From: Bdellovibrionota bacterium
GTDB taxonomy: Bacteria; Bdellovibrionota_C; UBA2361; JBIKUX01
Assembly: GCA_044347345.1 (NCBI GenBank)
Contig: JBIKUX010000031.1
Coordinates: 1 to 20,423, forward strand
Direction: 5' to 3'
Length of the DNA: 20,423 nucleotides
The position numbers and the translations under genes were made by a program. Of this stretch, positions 7,387 to 15,256 are shown piece by piece. How positions within the stretch are numbered: position 1 is the first letter of the stretch; every line of letters begins with the position of its first letter. The notes under the pieces are model-generated. The model did not search any database and was not told where the DNA came from. It saw nothing but the letters and a program-made list of their open reading frames with translations.

Positions 7387-10300
7387 TTAAAACCGAGAGC
7401 CTATCGAAAAATGTAGCCTCACTGAAGGCTCGCCCTCTTTTTGGTCGAGAGGAAACCCTAAATCTAAACCTACAGGACCAATAGGAGAAAGATATTGAAG
7501 GCCCCAACCTGCGCTTACTCGTTGGTGATCTATCTCTGCATCTAATTTACGAAGGAATACGTTACCACTATCAAGAAATAGATGAGTTGAAAATCTATTA
7601 TCCACAAGATAGCGAAGCTCAGCGGAATTGTACTGTGTCATATCGCCTCCTATTACAGCACCCATGACACCACGCGGCCCAAGAGAATTTTCACGGAATC
7701 CTCTCACTGTTCTTCTTCCACCAAGATAAAAACGTTGCGTAATTGGTACAGCTTGAGTATCAGCCCAAGTGTTAGATATTCCAAACCGACTTGTAAAGCC
7801 TAATGAAAATCGCTCAAATACTGCACTCCCGGGCAATACAGCGGAAAGTCGTGAATCAAAAGTGCCAAAGTTTGCCTCAGAACCAAGCATCTCAGAGGCA
7901 ATTTTAATTTCACTTGTAAATGCTACTCCTTCTCGAGGATCTAAGGGATTATCCCTATAATCAATAATAACCCTACCTATTAACGCACTAATTGTAACTG
8001 AATTAATATCTAACGGTGAGAGAACTGCATCCGAAGAAACATTTGTAAGCTCATCAAAGAAAACTGAATGACCAAGAAAAAACGAGATATTTTTCTCTTG
8101 ATCAGAATTAAAATACGAAAGTGCAGACAAACGGGCTAAATCGTACTCTTGGTTGAATGCAACAAGACGCTGAAATCCAAAATCATTAACCCAAGTATAA
8201 TCAGTCTGAAAAGCCTGTGGTACTGAGAAAATTAAACTTGATGTTCCACGACTTATTTCTTCAAGTCGTGGCTCATAATATAAATCAACTTTCAGAGATA
8301 ATAGTTTACCATCTGAAAAAAAGGAGCGATCCGAAGCTTCTGTAAAAAAATGTGCTCCAAGTTCTGAATTAGCTCCAGCACCCACTACAAGCGACTGTAA
8401 CGGTCGCTCTTCTACATCAAGCACAAGAGTCTCTGAATCATTATCAAGTGCTCCATCTAAGGAAGAAGTACGAATCCGACTAAATAATCCCAATCGATAT
8501 AATCGCCGAACACCTTGTCGAATATCATCAGCACTCCAAGGGGAACCTGGATGAATATCCAAGGTTTTTAATATCACGTCATTTTTAACTAACTTATTGC
8601 CCTTGATTTCAAGTTTGTTAATGGTCGCTCTCTTTCCTGGATGAACCAAAACAGTAGCATCATTATGCCCGCCTACCCCCATATCAAAAATAAGTGATAC
8701 TGATGAAGTAAAAAATCCCCTTTCCTTGAGTATATTTGCAACTCGCTCAATAAAACGATTAATCCGAGGCACAGAATAAGGAGGTTCTGGAAAAGGTATT
8801 AAAGATCCTAAAAATGGCATTCCATCCATCTTTAAATTTTTGGTAGCGGTAATCTCACCTAATTTAACTTCGTAAATAACCACAAACCGAGCTTTATTAT
8901 CTATATTTGTAGCAACAGATACATTAGCATCTCCATATCCCAAGTCGGATAAAGTGCCAAGAAGTAATGAAGTAAAGGAAACTTTAAGCTCATCTGTGAC
9001 TACGGTAGGGTTAAGATAAGGATTGAGATCAGATATCCCATGCAACTTTTTAAGATGACTTAGTAGGCGTTTTTTTCCTATAGCTTCAATTCCATATATC
9101 TTAACTAAATTGGTGCTTCTCTTAACTCCTTCATTTACCTTAATTACAAAAGTTCTTTTATATGCTCCAAAATCTGACTGATTTTCGGGCATGCCTGTAT
9201 CCAATATCTCGTCCTGCGACACCTCGTGAGTCTCTACAGAAGCCTCCTGAAACCCCTCAAGTCGATATTTTTCAAGGATACTTTCTTTCAACAAACGAAC
9301 AACATTAGAACCATAGGGTTGAAGCCTGTCTGTGCGATAAAGCGGTTCAAGAAGTATTTCATCCGAAAATTCATTATTACCCTCTATCTTAAAAGATAAG
9401 GGCATACCCTCTTCAAAGGACACTTCAATAATGGCTTTGCCGTTATCATCAAGCTGTGATTTATCGCGATAAGCTGCCTTTACTCGGGCACCAAAATACC
9501 CTTTTAATCTCAATAATCGAAGTAAACGACGCTCCAGTCTCTCACGCCTACCTTCAGTGGCATATTCATCAATTGGCAAGAATTTATCTATCTCTTTTTG
9601 AACAATGCCTATTGGTAGACTTGAAGGTATAATAATCTGCCCTATCTTATACTGACTCCCTTCATTAATCGTAAATCTTAATTTAAGACAACGAGAATCT
9701 CTCTCCTTTTTGCAGGAAGCTTTTATCTCAGCATCAAAATACCCTCGCCTACGATAATACTGAACAAGAGAACGCTCTCTAAGCGGAAGCTCATTTACAA
9801 ATATTCGTGTACTCGCATTAATTCTGAGTTCTTTTTCAATTTCCGCTTGAGTTATACTCCAATTTCCCCTTGCCTCTATAACTACCTGAGGCTCATTTGC
9901 ATCAATAATTGAAAATCGAAGATTACTTTCTACGCCAGGCTCTACCTGTCCTATTAAAGTCCTAAAACCTCCGTCAAGACTTGTATGAGAAAAAATCCTC
10001 CAGCGCAGTAAAAAATCACTTTGCGCGAATGTATCGCTAAATACTCGTGAAGCAGATAACACCACCGAATCTGTGAGTCGCTTTTCTGCAAAGACTGCCG
10101 GATCAAGTGAGCCAGTGGCAGGATTAAAGGTTGGTTCTAAAAGAATAGAATCAATGCGAGTCAGATTATATACGACATTTTCGAGAAAAAAAGTCGTATC
10201 TTTTCTTCCAATCGATACATCCAGATATTCTAACCCTAAACCCAAACTAACAGGCCCTTCACTTACTCCTCCACCTCCTGAAGCCAACATCAATAGTAAC

Positions 10301-13161
10301 TCTTGCTCGGAATATCCACGATCAGAAGAAAAGCTAATCTGGGGTGCAGATACGGAGCCATCCACCTCCAAAAATACAAGTACAGTCTCTCCTTGCCAGC
10401 TACGAAGAGTAGCTTCACTTAAGAGATCTATCGTCGGAATGGTCTTTCCTGGCTCAAAGGTCAGTGTCGCTGAGGTAATATCGAACCGACGATTACGAAG
10501 ACCAAACCATCCACCTATCGTTTCTATACGACCTGAAAATCGCGGCTCTGCTAATGTCCCCAAAACACGAAGTGCTCCACTAAGCTCAATTTGTGCCCAA
10601 TTAGTTAGTATTGAAACATTCTTGGGAGCCTTAATAGCTACATCAAGGGCAAGTGGCGGGGCTGATGCTCCCACACTCCGCTTTGCCACTTCAGTCATTG
10701 ACTGTTTAGGACGACTATCAAGTAAAAATTTCAAAATGTCTTGAAGAATAGTCCGAAGAGTGATGGTTTTTGCAAATTCAGCTGAAGCTACTTCCACCTC
10801 CCCCTGTATAACAGGCTTACTATCAGATAGCTGAGAAAACAGAAGATTTGCGTCAAAGGTTACAGATGTTTCCGGTGAGGGTGTAAAGAAAGCATCTTGT
10901 AACTTTACTCGTGCATAAGAGCTGGTAAAATCACTGAGATGTATCTCTCCATCTACTGAAATTAATCCACCATTAAACTCACCCGAAAGAGCCGAGGCTG
11001 AAATAACATCACCTTCTAGCTTTAGCGACCCTGATAAATTTGTGACATCAATTCCAGAATCGGCAAAAATAACTCCTCCATTTGCAATTTGTGCTTGCCC
11101 AGTAAGCCTGGGATTCTTAAAAGAACCAGTAACGTGGGCATTTAGTTGCATTGACCCACGCACCTCATCAGCAGAGGGGAAAAATGGAGCAAAAGCCTCA
11201 AATTTGAGCTGCCCATGCATACCAACATCGAGCCCCTTGTTAAGTTCATATTTTCCTCCTATTCGAGTAATAGCTCCAAGAGATGCAAGCTCAGTAGGTG
11301 CAAACACAAAAGTACCGTTAGTTATTGGCGTGGATTCGCGACTAACAACAGATAAAGGATGACGACACCCAAAAAATCCGGAAAAAGGGGATAAATTACC
11401 GTTACCGCGCATAGGCATAACGGGCATGAACGTATACTTTAGTCGGCCATTAATCTTAATACAGGAGTTAGTAAACTTAGATCCTACTGGCGCAAAATTA
11501 GTCAAAGATATGTCAATGCTGATAGGGTTTCTTGAGTTTGCCGCCCCCCTGAGAGGGATAAAAACTAAAGCTCGTACAGACTCTAACTTATCCTCGAGCG
11601 ATACTGACAAAACATCATTTTTCGTGGTCACAGAGAAGGGAATCTTCTCTAATCCAATATCAGGCGTAATGGATGTCATTATTCCACTTCCTGAGACATA
11701 AAACGTCTGAGTAAGAATATCGCCACTAAACTTTGCCTGCCCCGATAAACTAGCGAGAGAGGATAATGAGCCATATGCCCAATCAAGCAACTTGATATTC
11801 CCCTCCACAAGCAACCGCTTTTCTCCAAATGCTAATTGCATCCCACTTTGTAATGTTTCACTTTTTAAATCATTAAAAGCGTTTATATTGAGAGTAAGAA
11901 TATCTGAGCGAAAATTAAAATTACCTTTGATTTTTGCTGGCCCAATCCGTTGATTAAATGCACTAAGCAATGGAGAATTAACAAAAAAAGTTATCCCTTC
12001 AGACTGAAAGCTTAGTGAAATACTTGGTGATTCAACTGAAAAATTACCAAAGGAAAAATATGTGGCGTCTAATTTTATTTCACCAGAAAAACGATTAGGC
12101 TCAATAGTAACATTAGATTCAGACCGAACTTTAACAAGCGGATCTGATGAAAAAAAATCAGATAAACTTATTTTATAATCACTCTCAACGATTACGGCAT
12201 TTACTTTCGCTCCTAACTCCCTACATTGAAGCGTAGAATTTTCGGCCAACTGTACAGTAAGCCCTGAAGAGCCAGTAAAAGCATCCCCAATTAATTTAAT
12301 TTCATCAAGCGTTCCTGCAACTCTTAAAGAAGCTCCCATATTGCCTTTAAGGAGCGGCTCAAGATTAAGAAAGCTCATCGATAATCCAGCTCGAAGTAAG
12401 CCGCTTAGCGAATTTTTTCTTTCTATATCTACTCCCCCCGAGTAGTGTGCGCTAAATTGTGATTCTCCAGATAGTAATAAATTCGGCACCTCTACCAATG
12501 GTTTACCTGTCTTAAATTCGGTGCTTAATTTTCCTAAACTTACGGTTCTATTTGATTCTTTTAGATAAAGACTAACGTTTTCAGCTGATGGAATAATTGA
12601 AAAAAGACCAGTATTTTCTCTATCAACTTCTACTGTAGCATTAACTACTCGGGCAATCACCGATCCAAAATCATGCTCCAAAAATGCTGGTAAAAGACGA
12701 AGTTTATTTAAACGAACTTTAACAAAGGGTTTTGGTGTATCGGGAGGTGAATCACTTGTTAAGTGATCAATAAATTTAAAAATAGCACTTGTTGGTGCAA
12801 AAGCTTTACTCTTGGCATCTTCAAGAGTTACCTCTGAGAGATCAACAATCGGAGGGTAAATTTGACTAACGGCGAACTTGGCTCTAAGTAAGCCCACGTG
12901 AGTCTCAGGTCGTCCTTTTTGCGACAAAACTATTCTTCGAGCAACTCCATTCATTCGCAAAAGGTGAATACGAAATTCCTCGGCAGTAATTAAACATTCC
13001 CCCGCGCAAGATCTGGAAACCTCATCTTTTATAGATTGTAAAATTATGTGAGCTAAATAACCCTGCAGACTAAAATAAAAACCAAGAGATATACCAATCA
13101 ATATACCTAACAATAGTAATCTGCGAGCTGAAGACCACGGATACGTCATAACAAAATACAA
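7387..13161 (-). CDS. TamB (AsmA-like, DUF490)-Omp85 (BamA/TamA family) fusion protein (alternative start ATG 13149)
   Basis: N-terminal TM 'RRLLLLGILIGISLGFYFSL'; repeated beta-taco motifs ('LRVAGTLDEIKLIG','AHVTGSFKNPRLTG','LRVLGTLAEPRFSG'); DUF490 end 'EVDGSVSAPQISFSSDRGYSEQELLLMLASG'; POTRA helices (YYRRRGYF etc.); barrel motifs 'DYRDNPLDPREG', 'RFYLGGRRTVRGF', 'SPIGPVGLDLGFPL', C-terminal 'HFSIGSRF'. Confidence 0.9.
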   Translation of the reverse strand: MYFVMTYPWSSARRLLLLGILIGISLGFYFSLQGYLAHIILQSIKDEVSRSCAGECLITAEEFRIHLLRMNGVARRIVLSQKGRPETHVGLLRAKFAVSQIYPPIVDLSEVTLEDAKSKAFAPTSAIFKFIDHLTSDSPPDTPKPFVKVRLNKLRLLPAFLEHDFGSVIARVVNATVEVDRENTGLFSIIPSAENVSLYLKESNRTVSLGKLSTEFKTGKPLVEVPNLLLSGESQFSAHYSGGVDIERKNSLSGLLRAGLSMSFLNLEPLLKGNMGASLRVAGTLDEIKLIGDAFTGSSGLTVQLAENSTLQCRELGAKVNAVIVESDYKISLSDFFSSDPLVKVRSESNVTIEPNRFSGEIKLDATYFSFGNFSVESPSISLSFQSEGITFFVNSPLLSAFNQRIGPAKIKGNFNFRSDILTLNINAFNDLKSETLQSGMQLAFGEKRLLVEGNIKLLDWAYGSLSSLASLSGQAKFSGDILTQTFYVSGSGIMTSITPDIGLEKIPFSVTTKNDVLSVSLEDKLESVRALVFIPLRGAANSRNPISIDISLTNFAPVGSKFTNSCIKINGRLKYTFMPVMPMRGNGNLSPFSGFFGCRHPLSVVSRESTPITNGTFVFAPTELASLGAITRIGGKYELNKGLDVGMHGQLKFEAFAPFFPSADEVRGSMQLNAHVTGSFKNPRLTGQAQIANGGVIFADSGIDVTNLSGSLKLEGDVISASALSGEFNGGLISVDGEIHLSDFTSSYARVKLQDAFFTPSPETSVTFDANLLFSQLSDSKPVIQGEVEVASAEFAKTITLRTILQDILKFLLDSRPKQSMTEVAKRSVGASAPPLALDVAIKAPKNVSILTNWAQIELSGALRVLGTLAEPRFSGRIETIGGWFGLRNRRFDITSATLTFEPGKTIPTIDLLSEATLRSWQGETVLVFLEVDGSVSAPQISFSSDRGYSEQELLLMLASGGGGVSEGPVSLGLGLEYLDVSIGRKDTTFFLENVVYNLTRIDSILLEPTFNPATGSLDPAVFAEKRLTDSVVLSASRVFSDTFAQSDFLLRWRIFSHTSLDGGFRTLIGQVEPGVESNLRFSIIDANEPQVVIEARGNWSITQAEIEKELRINASTRIFVNELPLRERSLVQYYRRRGYFDAEIKASCKKERDSRCLKLRFTINEGSQYKIGQIIIPSSLPIGIVQKEIDKFLPIDEYATEGRRERLERRLLRLLRLKGYFGARVKAAYRDKSQLDDNGKAIIEVSFEEGMPLSFKIEGNNEFSDEILLEPLYRTDRLQPYGSNVVRLLKESILEKYRLEGFQEASVETHEVSQDEILDTGMPENQSDFGAYKRTFVIKVNEGVKRSTNLVKIYGIEAIGKKRLLSHLKKLHGISDLNPYLNPTVVTDELKVSFTSLLLGTLSDLGYGDANVSVATNIDNKARFVVIYEVKLGEITATKNLKMDGMPFLGSLIPFPEPPYSVPRINRFIERVANILKERGFFTSSVSLIFDMGVGGHNDATVLVHPGKRATINKLEIKGNKLVKNDVILKTLDIHPGSPWSADDIRQGVRRLYRLGLFSRIRTSSLDGALDNDSETLVLDVEERPLQSLVVGAGANSELGAHFFTEASDRSFFSDGKLLSLKVDLYYEPRLEEISRGTSSLIFSVPQAFQTDYTWVNDFGFQRLVAFNQEYDLARLSALSYFNSDQEKNISFFLGHSVFFDELTNVSSDAVLSPLDINSVTISALIGRVIIDYRDNPLDPREGVAFTSEIKIASEMLGSEANFGTFDSRLSAVLPGSAVFERFSLGFTSRFGISNTWADTQAVPITQRFYLGGRRTVRGFRENSLGPRGVMGAVIGGDMTQYNSAELRYLVDNRFSTHLFLDSGNVFLRKLDAEIDHQRVSAGWGLQYLSPIGPVGLDLGFPLDQKEGEPSVRLHFSIGSRF

Positions 13162-13353
13162 TCAGCAATAAATAAAACCGACAATACTTTTTGTAATTAC
13201 TCCAATAACAATGTTTTTATTCATAAAGGACTCCCGAATTATCTTTTAACTAGATACTATAGGGTCAGAAGGGTAAGTTGACCAAGCTACTCTTAGTAGA
13301 TTGCTACCAATGCTTGTAAAATCGGTGGCACTAACTCGCGAGAGAAAATTTTC

Positions 13354-13758
13354 ATGAAACGGTTAAATAATAACGAGCCTGTAACAATTCTTTTAGCTGA
13401 GGATGATCAGGATCAAGCATCAATTTATAAAATGCGATTTAAAGCTATCGGCGCCCAAGTTGACCTCGCCAACAACGGACATCAAGCTCTTGAGTATTTG
13501 GAAAAACAAACTCCGGATCTCCTTATTACAGATATTATGATGCCAGTAATGGATGGATATGAATTAGTTACAGAACTGAGGCAGCGCAAAAATATGTTAT
13601 ATTTACCGATAGTCGTGCTAACTGCTGTAACAGATGTTGACAATAGGGAGAAATTTTCTCCCTTAAATGTAGCTGATTTTTGCGAGAAAACTCTAAGATG
13701 GAAAGTTTTTCAAGAAAGAATAATTAAAATACTTAAACAACAAAAGATAATCGCCTAA
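13354..13758 (+). CDS. Single-domain response regulator (CheY-like receiver)
   Basis: 'ILLAEDD', 'PDLLITDIMMPVMDGYEL' (phospho-Asp), 'PIVVLTA', conserved Lys in 'FCEK'; no output domain. Confidence 0.92.
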   Translation: MKRLNNNEPVTILLAEDDQDQASIYKMRFKAIGAQVDLANNGHQALEYLEKQTPDLLITDIMMPVMDGYELVTELRQRKNMLYLPIVVLTAVTDVDNREKFSPLNVADFCEKTLRWKVFQERIIKILKQQKIIA

Positions 13759-13770
13759 AACAAATTTATT

Positions 13771-14529
13771 GTGTCTATGACTTTATCAGAAACAAATAAA
13801 GCACTCGTTGGAGAATATTTAGCAGCACGTATAGCTGACGGAGCCTGTATCGGTGTAGGCACTGGCAGCACAGTTGATTTAGCAATAATAGCACTTGGCA
13901 AAAGAGTCAAGGAAGAAGGACTTCGAGTAACAGTTGTACCTACGTCAATCGCTACAGCGCAGAGATGTTTTGATATGGGACTTCTGGTAGCTTCGCCATT
14001 AGCATTTTCTTTACCTCTTTCATTATACTTTGACGGTGCAGACGAAGTAGACCCAGACTTGCGACTCATTAAAGGAAGGGGAGGAGCATTACTGCAAGAA
14101 AAAATTATTGCAGCATCGAGTTTAACTTTTATTGTTCTTATAGACTCAACAAAATTAGTAGATAAACTCGGGGCTCGGTGCGCTATCCCGATTGAAATTA
14201 TTCCTTCTTCACTTCCTTATGTAACAAATCAGTTATATAAAATAGGGGCTACCTCTCTCAATTTACGACAGGGGAAAGAAAGTAAGCATGGACCAATAAT
14301 AACTGAAAACGGAAACTTTATTATTGATGCATCGTTCCCAGAAGTTCCTGTAAGCCTAGAAGCAGAGATAAAAAGTATTATAGGCGTAGTCGAGCATGGA
14401 ATTTTTTCTGGACTTGCCACTGAAGTGCTCATAGCTGAGAATGGGGGGGTAAGGAGTCTGACTGGCAAACACAGCAGCAACCAGAATAGCAGTAACCAAA
14501 ATAGCGGAAACTGTACCGATACGAACTAA
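13771..14529 (+). CDS. rpiA: Ribose-5-phosphate isomerase A (alternative start ATG 13777)
   Basis: 'IGVGTGSTV', 'FDGADEVDP', 'IKGRGGALLQEKIIA', 'ITENGNFIID', 'GVVEHGIF'. Confidence 0.97.
   Translation: MSMTLSETNKALVGEYLAARIADGACIGVGTGSTVDLAIIALGKRVKEEGLRVTVVPTSIATAQRCFDMGLLVASPLAFSLPLSLYFDGADEVDPDLRLIKGRGGALLQEKIIAASSLTFIVLIDSTKLVDKLGARCAIPIEIIPSSLPYVTNQLYKIGATSLNLRQGKESKHGPIITENGNFIIDASFPEVPVSLEAEIKSIIGVVEHGIFSGLATEVLIAENGGVRSLTGKHSSNQNSSNQNSGNCTDTN
14473..14511 (+). repeat. Imperfect 15-bp tandem repeat (about 2.6 copies) encoding the SSNQN-SSNQN-SGN tail of RpiA
   Basis: AGCAGCAACCAGAAT / AGCAGTAACCAAAAT / AGCGGAAAC. Confidence 0.75.
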
Positions 14530-14535
14530 CACAGC

Positions 14536-14555
14536 GCCTTTACAATTTAAAAGGC
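14536..14555. terminator. Hairpin between convergent rpiA and the pilin-like gene, possible terminator
   Basis: GCCTTT(14536-41)/AAAGGC(14550-55) stem; no downstream U-tract on either strand. Confidence 0.3.
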
Positions 14556-14559
14556 AAAA

Positions 14560-15021
14560 TCAGCATCCTGAAGACGGTAAGTCACTTATATATAATTCTG
14601 AGCCGTCGCCATACCGTTCCCATAAAATGACCCTTTTACCTTCACAAGAGTTTGCCATTATGGAATGGATAGTACACCCGGCGTAATTACAATTTGGATT
14701 ATTACTGAAGGTGAGCTCCACCTTTGGTGGCAATCTAAATCCTGGTAGTAATCTAGAGGTAACAGAATCGAATGGTTTATCTGAATCCTTTAGAACGACA
14801 AAATGTGGTAGAGTCTGTTGTAGTGATAACTCAGTTAAGGAAGCTGCGAGTGCCAAACGACTTTCCTTGACAGCTTGCTCAGCTACTTTATGAAAGGATT
14901 TTCGTTGTAATATTAAGAATGAAGTAACTAAAATGACTGCTAGTAATATGATAAATCCAAGAATAGAAATTAGATGAGTGACAATTCCACCGTTGGAATT
15001 TTTATAAATATAAGCAGCCAT
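14560..15021 (-). CDS. Type IV pilin-like protein with a degenerate prepilin peptidase motif
   Basis: Short leader ending NSNG, a hydrophobic helix, then an amphipathic helix that aligns without gaps to deltaproteobacterial PilA alpha1 (L6, I13, L16, A17, I19, F24, K30, A36, A46, L47); four Cys in the C-terminal half. Confidence 0.6.
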   Translation of the reverse strand: MAAYIYKNSNGGIVTHLISILGFIILLAVILVTSFLILQRKSFHKVAEQAVKESRLALAASLTELSLQQTLPHFVVLKDSDKPFDSVTSRLLPGFRLPPKVELTFSNNPNCNYAGCTIHSIMANSCEGKRVILWERYGDGSELYISDLPSSGC

Positions 15022-15256
15022 TCAGCCTATTGCTAACAAATATGAGATTCACCTTATTACTTAATTTTTACCGATGACTTTGGAAGGGTCGGCTAGTCAC
15101 TTAATTATCTAAATAAAAATTTTGTTAAAAACAATCGCTGAACCTTATCATTTACTTACTTTTTTTAGCTAAGAGTCAGACAAAATTTATACCATAATTT
15201 CTATATAAAAATTTTGAATTATTGATTCTAGTTTATTATCTGAACATGATTACCTT

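Noticed and set aside
10073-10744. 223-aa plus-strand ORF, plus other short antisense ORFs (7769, 11042, 11426) inside the TamB-Omp85 gene
   Set aside because: Antisense shadows of a well-supported gene, with Ser/Pro-rich composition and no recognisable motifs.
13162-13164. Genome-wide TGA recoding (code 4/25) as the explanation of the in-frame uORF
   Set aside because: xseA, dksA and the discoidin gene end at TGA at their expected C-termini, and long genes are open in the standard code with TGG for Trp.
13326-13340. Sigma54-like TGGCAC upstream of the response regulator
   Set aside because: The GC is one base off the strict -24/-12 spacing and there is no TTGC.
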